The notes beneath the pieces were generated by a model that had not been told where the DNA came from, ran no database searches, and saw nothing but the letters and a program-made list of their open reading frames with translations. The position numbers and the translations under genes were made by a program. This document shows, piece after piece, positions 10,064 through 19,939 of a stretch of 28,815 bases of DNA. Position 1 is the stretch's first letter. Every line of letters starts with the position of its first letter. The stretch spans positions 1-28,815 of the IMG/VR virus record IMGVR_UViG_3300027672_000058. The stretch is one strand, 5' to 3'. The stretch comes from a virus (taxonomy: Duplodnaviria; Caudoviricetes).

Positions 10064-11491
10064 ATGACAACACAAAGAGTACAATTTACAGAATGGTTGC
10101 CAGACCAACCTTCTAATGCTGGCAGTTTAAATGAAGCATTAAATGTGTTTCCAGTATCTGTAGGATATTCACCTTTTCCTAATTCAGTAGATTTTAGTGG
10201 AGCAGCTTCTGAAACACTTAATTCTGTATACGCAGCTAAATTTGGTTCAGAGGTAGCAGTGTTTGCAGGTGGAGCTACTAAATTATTTAAGTTTAACGCA
10301 ACCACAGAAGCATTAGAAAATAAATCATTAGCAGGTGGATATTCAAGTGCATCTAAATGGAACTTTGCTTTATTTGGGTCTGAAGTATTAGCTGTTAATC
10401 ATGCAGCTAAAGTACAAAGATGGACGATAGGAACTTCTACAGCATTTGCTGATTTAGCAACAGCAGCTCCTGTATCAAAGTTTATTACAGTTGTAAGAGA
10501 TTTTGTAGTATGTGCCAACATAGGAAGTTTAGCCAATAAAGTTCAATGGTCGGATATTAATGATGCCACCGATTGGGTATCTGGAACAACATCACAGGCT
10601 GATTACCAAATTATGCCTGATGGTGGAAATATTACTGGTATTACTGGTGGTGAATTTGGAATTGTATTTTTAGAAAAAGCAATTGCTAGAATGTCATATA
10701 CTGGCTCTCCTTTATTCTTTCAATTTGATACTATATCAAGAGGATTAGGATGTATAGCAGGTGGCTCAATAGCACAATATGGTGGATTAAGTTTCTTCTT
10801 ATCTGATGATGGATTTTATCAAACAGATGGTCAATCAGTTACAGGCATAGGAAATGAAAAGGTAGATGATTGGTTTTTTTCAGATGTAAATTTATCTGAC
10901 ATAGATTCTATGACTTCTGCTGCTGACCCTAAAAGAAAAATAGTAGTTTGGAATTACGCAAATGTTGCTGGTGGTAGAAGCATTATTATATATAACTGGC
11001 AATTAGGTAAGTGGTCAAGAGCTAATACAAATGCAACTGTTGTAGGCGATATAGCGACTGCTGGAACAACTTTAGAAGGTTTAGGTACTCTAGGGTACAC
11101 CGACATAGATACTATGCCAGCCTCTTTAGATGCAAGATTATGGGTAGGCGGAAAGTTCTTATTTGCTGGAGCAGAAAGTACTAAAATTGTAACTTTTACT
11201 GGCTCAACTTTTAACTCTGAATTAGTTACTACAGATGTAGAAGTTGGCTACAATAGTGTTGTAACTTTAGCTAGACCACAAATTGATAATGGTTCTGCTA
11301 CTGTATCAATAGCAAGCCGCAGAGAATTAGATGACACAATAATATTTAGTGCAGAATCTACAACCTCATCAGAGGGGAGAGCAGATTTAAGAAGTGCTGG
11401 AAGATACCATAGAATATCTGTTAAACCTACAGGTGCTTGGACAACAGCTATGGCAGTAGATATAGATGTTAAACCACAAGGTCAGAGATAA
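10064..11491 (+). CDS. Tail nozzle / tubular protein B-like (packaged DNA stabilisation)
   Basis: FTEWLPDQP N-terminus; VQWSDIND, GLGCIAGGS and FFLSDDGFY beta-propeller-like motifs. Confidence 0.72.
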   Translation: MTTQRVQFTEWLPDQPSNAGSLNEALNVFPVSVGYSPFPNSVDFSGAASETLNSVYAAKFGSEVAVFAGGATKLFKFNATTEALENKSLAGGYSSASKWNFALFGSEVLAVNHAAKVQRWTIGTSTAFADLATAAPVSKFITVVRDFVVCANIGSLANKVQWSDINDATDWVSGTTSQADYQIMPDGGNITGITGGEFGIVFLEKAIARMSYTGSPLFFQFDTISRGLGCIAGGSIAQYGGLSFFLSDDGFYQTDGQSVTGIGNEKVDDWFFSDVNLSDIDSMTSAADPKRKIVVWNYANVAGGRSIIIYNWQLGKWSRANTNATVVGDIATAGTTLEGLGTLGYTDIDTMPASLDARLWVGGKFLFAGAESTKIVTFTGSTFNSELVTTDVEVGYNSVVTLARPQIDNGSATVSIASRRELDDTIIFSAESTTSSEGRADLRSAGRYHRISVKPTGAWTTAMAVDIDVKPQGQR

Positions 11492-11955
11492 TGGGATTGT
11501 TAGATAAGATAATAGACTACACTACTACAATTACTGGTGGGAAATATGTAGATGAAGGATTTGATAATTATGGTACTGCTGATGATGGTGGCTCTATGAT
11601 GAGTTCAGACGCAATGAGGCATTTATTATGGACAGCTGAAATGTCAAGAAAATTTAGTCCAGAAACTGCTAAAAATGTTAGTGATTGGCATGAGAAGGAA
11701 ATTCCTTTTGGTTTCTTTGGCGGCACTCATAACCAACCAGAAGACCAGAAACAAATGGATTTATATAATAATGCTCTAGGGATAAAGATAGGTCAAAAAA
11801 GTAATTCATATGAAGATACTGTAAGGTTAGCTAGAGAAACAGTAGATAGTGGTAAGGCTTATATAATTAATGAACCACCACAACGAAATCATCGTTTATA
11901 TTTAGATAATAAACTAGAAGGATTATTAGATAATTGGAAACAAGGCAATAGATAA
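11491..11955 (+). CDS. DUF6973-like protein inserted in the tail module
   Basis: DAMRHLLW...HE...MDLYNNALG motif set. Confidence 0.6.
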   Translation: MGLLDKIIDYTTTITGGKYVDEGFDNYGTADDGGSMMSSDAMRHLLWTAEMSRKFSPETAKNVSDWHEKEIPFGFFGGTHNQPEDQKQMDLYNNALGIKIGQKSNSYEDTVRLARETVDSGKAYIINEPPQRNHRLYLDNKLEGLLDNWKQGNR

Positions 11956-12254
11956 TGTATAGAACATTAAACTACATGGGTTCTAATCCAAGAGAAGTAG
12001 CTGAAGTAGTAAATAATGCTGTTAATGGGAAGACCAATAATACTGGGAGTGTTCTTTTGAGAGCTTCTAATACAACAACAACATTAAATGATGAAAGATT
12101 AGGTTTTGATAGTGTGATTCTATTATCACCATTGACTGCTAATGCAGCAGCACAGACACCTTATGTTTCAACTAAAGCAAAGGGTAGTGCGGTGATTACA
12201 CACACAAGTGTTTCTTCTACAGACCTAGACTTTGATTACATTATAGTAGGGTAA
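11955..12254 (+). CDS. Hypothetical virion protein
   Basis: 99 aa, coupled start; PREVAEVVNN..GKTNNTGSV motif. Confidence 0.65.
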   Translation: MYRTLNYMGSNPREVAEVVNNAVNGKTNNTGSVLLRASNTTTTLNDERLGFDSVILLSPLTANAAAQTPYVSTKAKGSAVITHTSVSSTDLDFDYIIVG

Positions 12255-12291
12255 TGTGTTAAAATAGAGCTTTATATTATAGACATAAATT

Positions 12292-12696
12292 ATGAAATTA
12301 TATATTGTACCTACTACTCATGTACAGCAATACTGGCACTTAGCTGAACCATTATTACAACTAGCATTAGATAAAGGTAATGATGAATTTACAGCAGCCC
12401 AGCTAAAATTATTAGTAGCACAAGGACAACAACAACTACTGCTATTAATGAAAGAAGATAAATGTTATCTGGCATTAACTGTCCAATGGATTATGTACCC
12501 TAATGACAGAGTTTGCTATATCACATATATAGGTGGTAAGAACACCAAGCAAGGATTTGAACAATTTAAGAACTGGGCAAAAAGTAATGGTGGTACTTGT
12601 ATTCAAGGTGCGACTAAATTTGAAAGTATAGAAAGACTTTGGGCAAGACTATACAACTATAAAAAGAAATATACATTAATGGAGCTAAAATTATGA
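12292..12696 (+). CDS. Hypothetical protein, possible GNAT-like fold preceding ejection proteins
   Basis: 134 aa; ITYIGGK...WAKSNGGTCIQG pattern; same position as T7 gp13-like genes. Confidence 0.5.
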   Translation: MKLYIVPTTHVQQYWHLAEPLLQLALDKGNDEFTAAQLKLLVAQGQQQLLLLMKEDKCYLALTVQWIMYPNDRVCYITYIGGKNTKQGFEQFKNWAKSNGGTCIQGATKFESIERLWARLYNYKKKYTLMELKL

Positions 12697-13502
12697 TACA
12701 CGATTATTTTCCAGAACTAGACGGAAATCAATCTACTGACAATGGTAAGATGGGTAGAAGTATGCACAAAGGTGGAGGTGGTGGTTCATCTGAAACTAAA
12801 CAATCTATTGACCCTGCGATACTACCTTATATTACTTATGGTTTAGAAGAAGCTAAAGGTCTTTATGGAGCTCCTGGACCTACTTATTATCCAGGTCAAA
12901 CCTATGTAGACCCATCATCACAAACAACAGAAGGGTTAGGATTAGCAGAGGCTAGAGCAAGAGAAGGAAGTCCACTTATTCCAGCAGCACAAACTCAAGC
13001 ATTAAGTACAATACAAGGCGATAGATTATCAGCAGGTAATCCTTACTTTGCAGCAATGATGTCTAGTGCGGCTAAGCCAATCGTATCAGAATTTAATACA
13101 GCTATTAGAGATATTGGTAGCAGAACAGCAGCATCAGGTAGATATGGTTCAGGAGCTATGGGTGAAATGGAATCACAAGCATCTGAAAATCTAGCAAATG
13201 CTTTATCATCAAGAGGTTCAGAATTAGCTTATCAAAACTATGCTAATGAAAGAGGAAGACAAGATGCAGCAATAGGCAATGCTGGAGCTATAGCTAATCA
13301 AGACTATAGTGATATTCAGCAACTAATGAATGTCGGTAAGTCTAATGAGGCTTATGATTTACAAGCATTACAAGGTGATATTTCTAGATATGATTACGGA
13401 CAAAATGCTCCACAACAAAAACTATCCTCTTATCTAGCAGCAGCTTATGGTGCACCTACTCCTATGAATCAAACTTCAACACAATCAGGTGGAGGTAAGT
13501 AA
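12693..13502 (+). CDS. Internal virion / DNA ejection protein
   Basis: KGGGGG..TKQSIDP N-terminus, Gln/Ala/Gly-rich helical body. Confidence 0.6.
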   Translation: MIHDYFPELDGNQSTDNGKMGRSMHKGGGGGSSETKQSIDPAILPYITYGLEEAKGLYGAPGPTYYPGQTYVDPSSQTTEGLGLAEARAREGSPLIPAAQTQALSTIQGDRLSAGNPYFAAMMSSAAKPIVSEFNTAIRDIGSRTAASGRYGSGAMGEMESQASENLANALSSRGSELAYQNYANERGRQDAAIGNAGAIANQDYSDIQQLMNVGKSNEAYDLQALQGDISRYDYGQNAPQQKLSSYLAAAYGAPTPMNQTSTQSGGGK

Positions 13503-14203
13503 TGGCTTTTGTACCTTATATGGTAGGTGGTTTTGCAGTAGATAAAATGATGGGTGGTAATGGATTAAAAGGTGCGGCATTAGGTGCAGGTGGTAGTTTC
13601 TTAGGACCAGAGATATTAGCATCTGGAGCAGCAGAAACAAGTACAGCAGGAATTGTAGCTGATGCAACAGCAGCCGAAGGGCTTGCAACAGCAGGTATGG
13701 GTGGTATGCAAATTGGTAGCCAACCTGCATTTGGTCAAATGATGGCTGAAGGTATCAGTCCATTTACTCCATTAGGAACTCCTGTAGGACAATCAACTGG
13801 TTTACTTGGTCAGGAGATATCTAACCAAGCACTTAATTCTTCATTGACTGGAGTTCCAGGATTTTTTGAACAGCAATTAGGAAATACATTTGTTGATGAT
13901 GGTTTTAATTTATTAGGTAAAGGTAAAACTGCTATTGATGAAGGTTGGGATGATATGTCTTTATCAAATAAAATATCTACAGGAACTGGAGCAATAGCAG
14001 CAACAGATAATATGACAGCACAACCACAGAATATGATTGTTCCTGAAGTAGCACCAATAGATAGAAGAAACCCAAGTCCAACAATGGGTAAACCATTGGT
14101 TACTCAAATACAAGGATTACAACAAGCAGCACCTTCAGCTATGATGGGACAATTAAGCCCTAAAGAAAAAGAAGAATATTATTCATTATTAAGAAGCATC
14201 TAG
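13502..14203 (+). CDS. Internal virion / DNA ejection protein
   Basis: Gly/Ala-rich hydrophobic N-terminus, low complexity, TAATG-coupled. Confidence 0.55.
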   Translation: MAFVPYMVGGFAVDKMMGGNGLKGAALGAGGSFLGPEILASGAAETSTAGIVADATAAEGLATAGMGGMQIGSQPAFGQMMAEGISPFTPLGTPVGQSTGLLGQEISNQALNSSLTGVPGFFEQQLGNTFVDDGFNLLGKGKTAIDEGWDDMSLSNKISTGTGAIAATDNMTAQPQNMIVPEVAPIDRRNPSPTMGKPLVTQIQGLQQAAPSAMMGQLSPKEKEEYYSLLRSI

Positions 14204-14215
14204 GAAAAAATATAT

Positions 14216-15484
14216 ATGGCAAATTACTTTGATTTTATGAAAGACCTTAAGAATCCTTTTGCTGGAATGGGGAAATCAATTACTGACCCACTAGCTAAAG
14301 GTGGATTAAGTATACTTGGTTCTGAAGTTCCAGAAGAATATGCCGCATATGAAAATGCTGGGCTATTAGGTCCTGGAGTATATGATAAGTCAATTGCTGC
14401 AGCAAAAACTAGAGGAAATCGTAATGCTGTTATACAAGGTCTTCTAAAGTTTGGTACTCAAAATTTTAACAAAGGTGTAGGTAGTATATTTAATCCAGCA
14501 TATTTAGGCGACCCATTAATAACTGCTATGAACGCATCACAAAAACAATTTGATAAGTTAGCACCTAATGCTATGAACCTAGAGAAACTTAAAACATTCA
14601 AAGCAACTAAAGATAAAGAAGTTAATAGACTTGCTATGGTTGCAAAAATTAAAAGTAATCCAAATCTAACTGAAGCAGAGAGAGAGATGGTAGACTTCAT
14701 GTCTATGCCTGAATTAATAGCAGCTAGTAAACCAAAAATACATAAAGCTCCAACAAAAGGAGAAAGAGAATATAATGAAAATGGTGTTCAAATGGTACAA
14801 GACCAATTATGGAATAGTACAGATAAGGCGTTTGTAGATAGAGAAACCCCTCCAAGAAGAAAATGGCAACAAAAAGCAGCACCTGTTCCAAAAAATCCAC
14901 AGTTTCAAAACTTAGTAAACGAAGCGGGATTAACACAAAGATGGCAGGTAGTAGGAGATAATCTTAAAGATACAAATAACGATAATGTTCCTGATGAATG
15001 GATACCTAGAGGCGAACCATACAAATCAAGAGAGCAAAAAGATAATATTAAGTCTGCTGGAAAGTCATTACAAATGGCAAGTCTGGGAATCGTATCGTCT
15101 GAATTAGGATTTAAACCTCTAGATAGCAAATTAATGTTAGCAGCTAGTTATGATTTAGCTCAAGCTGCCCAACAAATTAAAGTTGAAGCGGCTAGTAATG
15201 ATGAATTTATTAGTGATGCTGAGTCATTAAATAGAGCTAAAGAACAAATGATAACAAGTGGTGCTTATACTGAAAACAGCACATTTGGACCAGATGAGGC
15301 TTATGATAGAAATAAGTTTTTAACCTCAATGACTCCTATACAAAAAAGATTAACACCAGAAACTAATTCTCAATCCACAACAAAGCCACATGGAATAATG
15401 AGGAATGGAGTAATAATCCCTATTGAAATACAAGGGACTGGGTATGTTTTCTCTGATACTAAAGAACCTGTACCTACTCAATAA
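14216..15484 (+). CDS. Internal virion protein
   Basis: 422 aa helical protein in the ejectosome position. Confidence 0.55.
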   Translation: MANYFDFMKDLKNPFAGMGKSITDPLAKGGLSILGSEVPEEYAAYENAGLLGPGVYDKSIAAAKTRGNRNAVIQGLLKFGTQNFNKGVGSIFNPAYLGDPLITAMNASQKQFDKLAPNAMNLEKLKTFKATKDKEVNRLAMVAKIKSNPNLTEAEREMVDFMSMPELIAASKPKIHKAPTKGEREYNENGVQMVQDQLWNSTDKAFVDRETPPRRKWQQKAAPVPKNPQFQNLVNEAGLTQRWQVVGDNLKDTNNDNVPDEWIPRGEPYKSREQKDNIKSAGKSLQMASLGIVSSELGFKPLDSKLMLAASYDLAQAAQQIKVEAASNDEFISDAESLNRAKEQMITSGAYTENSTFGPDEAYDRNKFLTSMTPIQKRLTPETNSQSTTKPHGIMRNGVIIPIEIQGTGYVFSDTKEPVPTQ

Positions 15485-15492
15485 GGATATAT

Positions 15493-18400
15493 ATGCCAAT
15501 ACCTTTACCACCTGGAGCTATAGAACTAGATTCTATTTTAGAAACTCCTAATGATATAAAAGTACCTCCATTACCCAAAGGAGCTGTTCCGCTTACACTT
15601 AATGAAACTGAAATACCTTTACCACCTGGAGCTGTTTCTTTAGCAGAGCCTTATGAAGAATGGCAAGCTGATGCTAGAGGATATGGTTCTGAAATAGGTA
15701 CATCTGATGTAGGTCATCTTGCGAGAATGGCTAAGTCTAAATTCCCACAAATGCTAGACGGTATAAGATACAAATCAAAACTTATAGATGGTGAGGAAGT
15801 ATATTTCTCTAACCTAAATCAACCAATGGATAAAGCTGTTGCTGAAAGACAGAACAGAAGATATGATGAATTTCAAGCACTAGAAACTTATGATGAAAGA
15901 AGGGAGTATCTTAAACAGCAAAATCTTGATGATGCTGCGGAGAACTATCCTAACTTAACAGAAGAAATGAAAGATAGTGGTCAAGCTTTAATAGGTGAAA
16001 TTGGTGGTAGCTTAGTAAGCCCAACTACATTAATAGCAGGTCCAGTAGCATTACTATCAAAGGGTTCACTAGCTGTTAAAGCTGCTAAATTTGGGGTAAT
16101 GTCTGGGTTATTTGGTGGAACATATTCTGCCGCACAACAAGCTTCAGACGAAGGTAGTATTGACCCTGCTAGACTAGCAAAAGATACAGCTTTAGCTACA
16201 GTAGGGGGTACAGTATTAAGAGGTGCAGCTCCATTAGTTCTTAAAGGAGTACAAAAGGCAGGTAATGTTGCAGCGAAAGGTGCTACAAAAGTTATAAATA
16301 AAACTGAAGAATCTATAGGTAAGTTAGTATTAAAAAGTAAAGCTGATGTAACGGCTGTACAATTTATGGACGAGATAAATGTTCAGGCTGCTAAAATTAT
16401 AAGGAATAATGGTGGTAGAGATTACATGGATAAGTCTGGAGTATTTACTTCTAGCGGAGTTGTTAATCAGAAAGTTTTAACAAAGTTAATAAAAAATGAT
16501 TTAATAAAAGAAGCTAAATTAACTCCTGAACAATTTAAAATAATGGAAAGAGAAGCAGGTATACAGTTTAAAGTACCTGCCAATCAGACAGAAGCACTAG
16601 AAAGAATTGGTCAAACAAGATTTGATAAGTATACTAATCCAGATAAGAACCCTTTTAAGCACAAAGTTTTACAGCTAATATCTGAAAAGGCAGTTATAAC
16701 AGGAAGGAATGTTGAAACTCTTATTACTCCTGCTTATGAAAAATTAAAAGCATTTGCTCCAGAGATAGCATCTAAAATGATGAGGATGGATTTTAATATA
16801 TTAACAAAAGCTAACAGGCTTGACAAGGATGTTAAAGTTTTTCGTGAACAAGTAAAGGCTTTATCTAAAGACAATAAAAATTTATTAAAGAAATCATTAT
16901 CTAATGGTGATTTTTCAGCAGCAGAATCCTTACTAGGCAATGATGTTGGATTTTCAAATGTTAGAAAGGTACTAGAAAGATTAAGAACTGAATCAATTAA
17001 AGCAGGAATAAAAATAGATAAGGTAGAAGACTATTTCCCAAGAGTTGTTAAAAACCATCAAAGATATTTAGATAGAATTAATGCAAAGCTAGCTAGTCAA
17101 AATAGTAAGCAAGTTCTTACAGAGTTTAATAGTGTAATGAGTGACCTCAAGAAAACAGTTATAAGAAAAAGAGGGGAAAATGCTCAAGCAACTGCCGAAG
17201 AAAAGATGAACGCACTTAATCAATATCTTCAAGGTGGAGCAAAAAGAAAACCATCTAGGGTTATGCTAAGAATTGATTTAAATTTAATAGATGAATACTT
17301 AGACCCAATGGAAGCGTTAGAAGCTTATATGGCTAATAGTATTCATAAAACAGAGAAAGCTAAATTTTTTGGTAGACATCTAAGGTTAGATAATGAAGGA
17401 AAATCTACAGGTAATGATTTTCTTGATGAGTCCATAGGTGCTATGTCTTCCGATATTCAGTACGGCAATAGACAGGAGGAACTTCAAAAAATAATAAAGG
17501 CTAGAATAATTAATGGGGAACAAGGCTCTGGTTGGATGCAACCTCTTAAAAATATAAGTTACATAACGCTTTTAGGTAACCCATCATCAGCAATAGTTCA
17601 GGGTGGAGATATTGGTTTTTCAGCGGCACAAAGCGGTATGTATCGTTCAACTAAAAATCTACTAAAGCAAATGGGAAGACAAAAGTTTGGAGATAAACTT
17701 GCATACAGTATAGATGAAATAGGTTTAGGTAGAACGGTATCAGCAGAAATGGGTGGTACTCAAAAAGGATTAGACAAAGCCGTGAGTGACCTATTTGATT
17801 TATCTCAATTCACTAGGGTTGATAGGGTTGGTAAGACAACCTCCATAAACTCTTCATTAGAAAAAGCTATGGATGTGGTTAAGCTTAATAAGAAAGGCAC
17901 ACTATCAAACCCAAAACAATACCAACAATTTAAAAATGAATGGGAAGGTATTTTAGGTAAGGATGGGTTTGTTAATATGGTAGCTGCAATGAGAACAGGT
18001 AGGAAGACTGATGATGTAGGGTTCTATTTGTTTAGTGAGTTATCTAAAGTACAGCCTATTAGCTTATCTCAAATGCCTGTTGCTTATTTAAATGCTAAGA
18101 ATGGTAAGATTTTCTATACACTTAAATCGTTCGCATTAAAACAACTTGACTTTGCTAGAAGAAAGATAGTTACTGAACTAGCAAGAGGTGAATATAAATC
18201 AGCATTTAAAAACACCCTTGTACTATCAGCTACATTAGGTGGTGCTCAAACTACAACAAAACAATTACAAAAGTTAATCGTAGGCTCTCCAGAGGAAATA
18301 AAAATAGAAGATATGCCTGATGAGTTTGTTGAAACTTTAGCAAAAGGTCTTTTCATTAGTAAGTACAGCAGAGAGAAGTTAGCTGAAACTGGAGATGTTC

Positions 18401-18660
18401 TAGGATATATATACGATAACACTTTACCTGCCGTATCACCTTTGTTTGATATTGGAAGAGATGTATATGATTATATGGACACCCCAGAAACTGCTGAAGA
18501 GATAATGAGGTCAGTTACAAATCCTAAAGTTCCATTCAAGAGGAGTAGAAAATTCATTCCTGTTGGTGGTAGAACTTATGATGAACAGACTGTGAAGAAA
18601 CCAAAAAGAAGACAGGAAGAATTAAGGGAATTAATGAGAGGATTAAGCCTAGATGAATAA
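15493..18660 (+). CDS. Large internal virion (ejection) protein
   Basis: 1055 aa, three N-terminal PLPxGA repeats, Gly/Ala membrane-like segment, DYFPRV motif; last of the internal proteins. Confidence 0.62.
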   Translation: MPIPLPPGAIELDSILETPNDIKVPPLPKGAVPLTLNETEIPLPPGAVSLAEPYEEWQADARGYGSEIGTSDVGHLARMAKSKFPQMLDGIRYKSKLIDGEEVYFSNLNQPMDKAVAERQNRRYDEFQALETYDERREYLKQQNLDDAAENYPNLTEEMKDSGQALIGEIGGSLVSPTTLIAGPVALLSKGSLAVKAAKFGVMSGLFGGTYSAAQQASDEGSIDPARLAKDTALATVGGTVLRGAAPLVLKGVQKAGNVAAKGATKVINKTEESIGKLVLKSKADVTAVQFMDEINVQAAKIIRNNGGRDYMDKSGVFTSSGVVNQKVLTKLIKNDLIKEAKLTPEQFKIMEREAGIQFKVPANQTEALERIGQTRFDKYTNPDKNPFKHKVLQLISEKAVITGRNVETLITPAYEKLKAFAPEIASKMMRMDFNILTKANRLDKDVKVFREQVKALSKDNKNLLKKSLSNGDFSAAESLLGNDVGFSNVRKVLERLRTESIKAGIKIDKVEDYFPRVVKNHQRYLDRINAKLASQNSKQVLTEFNSVMSDLKKTVIRKRGENAQATAEEKMNALNQYLQGGAKRKPSRVMLRIDLNLIDEYLDPMEALEAYMANSIHKTEKAKFFGRHLRLDNEGKSTGNDFLDESIGAMSSDIQYGNRQEELQKIIKARIINGEQGSGWMQPLKNISYITLLGNPSSAIVQGGDIGFSAAQSGMYRSTKNLLKQMGRQKFGDKLAYSIDEIGLGRTVSAEMGGTQKGLDKAVSDLFDLSQFTRVDRVGKTTSINSSLEKAMDVVKLNKKGTLSNPKQYQQFKNEWEGILGKDGFVNMVAAMRTGRKTDDVGFYLFSELSKVQPISLSQMPVAYLNAKNGKIFYTLKSFALKQLDFARRKIVTELARGEYKSAFKNTLVLSATLGGAQTTTKQLQKLIVGSPEEIKIEDMPDEFVETLAKGLFISKYSREKLAETGDVLGYIYDNTLPAVSPLFDIGRDVYDYMDTPETAEEIMRSVTNPKVPFKRSRKFIPVGGRTYDEQTVKKPKRRQEELRELMRGLSLDE

Positions 18661-18720
18661 CTTATGGCAAGACCTAAAACTCCCCCCAATTAATTTATAC
18701 ACAGTACCAAAAAGGAAATA

Positions 18721-18924
18721 ATGACCGATATAAACCCAGTAGAATTTGGCAAGATGAAAGAACAAATCAACCATCTCCAACACACACAAGATGAGCTACA
18801 AAAAGACATGAAAGAAATACTCGCTTTAGCAAACCAAAGTAAGGGTGGCTTCTGGATGGGTATGGCTATCGCTAGTTTTGTTGGTGGAATAGTATCTATA
18901 TTCATTAGGAACTGGATGCAATAA
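18721..18924 (+). CDS. Small coiled-coil + TM protein (holin/XhlA-like)
   Basis: N-terminal coiled coil then KGGFWMGMAIASFVGGIVSIFI TM segment; AAGGA SD. Confidence 0.65.
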   Translation: MTDINPVEFGKMKEQINHLQHTQDELQKDMKEILALANQSKGGFWMGMAIASFVGGIVSIFIRNWMQ

Positions 18925-19271
18925 TGGAATATTTAATTTTAGCTTTTGGTGCTAAAGTAGCTTGTGTAATTACATCTATTATTGGTGGCTTATGCAACTA
19001 TAATACAAAAAAAGTTAAATCAAGAAAAGGTACTTCTGGTGGTCATATTAAATGGGCAGTAGAAAGACACAAAGCTAGAAAAGATTTATTTTTATCTTTA
19101 GTTATAGCTGTAATTTCTGTTGAATTATTTATACCTCCATTGTTAAACCAGTTTGGGCTTCATATTACTTTAGCTCCTTTGTTAGCTTTTTTTATAGGCT
19201 ATTCAGGAATGAGATTATTACCAGCAATTGAACACAAAATAACTAAATTTTTAGATAAGGTTTTTAATTAA
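18924..19271 (+). CDS. Multi-TM membrane protein, putative holin
   Basis: Three hydrophobic segments; AFFIGYSGMR motif. Confidence 0.55.
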   Translation: MEYLILAFGAKVACVITSIIGGLCNYNTKKVKSRKGTSGGHIKWAVERHKARKDLFLSLVIAVISVELFIPPLLNQFGLHITLAPLLAFFIGYSGMRLLPAIEHKITKFLDKVFN

Positions 19272-19426
19272 TGAATTGTCCTAAATGCAATATAAAAATG
19301 ACAAATAAAAATGAAAATAGCATAGGAACACTTAGCAATGATTCTGGTTATCTTATTATGTCTAAAATGGAATGTTCTAAATGCAAATTAAACATTTATA
19401 TTAATGGAAGTAAAGAAAATGAATAA
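19271..19426 (+). CDS. 51-aa Zn-ribbon protein (not in ORF track)
   Basis: MNCPKCNIKM...MECSKCKLNIYINGSKENE*; two CxxC pairs; TAATG-coupled. Confidence 0.65.
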   Translation: MNCPKCNIKMTNKNENSIGTLSNDSGYLIMSKMECSKCKLNIYINGSKENE

Positions 19427-19544
19427 CAAACAAAAATCTTTTGATAAACTATTTAGCAAACCAGTAATATTTACATTAGTTGTATTAGCAGCATTACCTA
19501 TTACACCTGTTATTTTAGCTTTAATTTATGGATGGAGTAACTAA
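19419..19544 (+). CDS. 41-aa membrane peptide (not in ORF track)
   Basis: MNNKQKSFDKLFSKPVIFTLVVLAALPITPVILALIYGWSN*; overlaps both neighbours (TAATG with the next gene). Confidence 0.6.
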   Translation: MNNKQKSFDKLFSKPVIFTLVVLAALPITPVILALIYGWSN

Positions 19545-19939
19545 TGTTAAACTTACTACTGCCTTTAATATCAAATGTTATTGATAAAGTTATCCCAGAT
19601 AAAAATGCTAGTGCTAAAGCTAAACAAGAAATAGAACAGACACTTGTAGCTAATATGGCTCAAATTAATATAGAACAGATTAAAACTAATCAAGTAGAAG
19701 CAAGTTCAAGAAGTATATGGATAGCAGGATGGCGACCATTTATAGGATGGGTTTGCGGTATTGCTATGGCATGGCACTTTGTAGGCGTACCCTTTATTAC
19801 CTTTATAGCCGCATGGACTGGAGCTGTTATACCTCCACTTCCTGTGTTTGATATGAGTAGTCTGATGACTGTCCTTATGGGTCTATTAGGATTAGGTTCT
19901 ATGAGAACATTTGAGAAGATGAAAGGTTTAACTAAATGA
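19544..19939 (+). CDS. Holin (GTA holin 3TM family)
   Basis: AGWRPFIGWVCG and GLLGLGSMRTFEKMKG signature; directly upstream of the endolysin. Confidence 0.82.
   Translation: MLNLLLPLISNVIDKVIPDKNASAKAKQEIEQTLVANMAQINIEQIKTNQVEASSRSIWIAGWRPFIGWVCGIAMAWHFVGVPFITFIAAWTGAVIPPLPVFDMSSLMTVLMGLLGLGSMRTFEKMKGLTK

Noticed and set aside
614-18905. Minus-strand and alternate-frame ORFs overlapping structural genes (e.g. 614-832, 1418-1768, 2651-2950, 3758-4405, 7209-7517, 14458-15129)
   Set aside because: Shadows of strongly codon-biased + strand genes; no SD or recognisable motifs.
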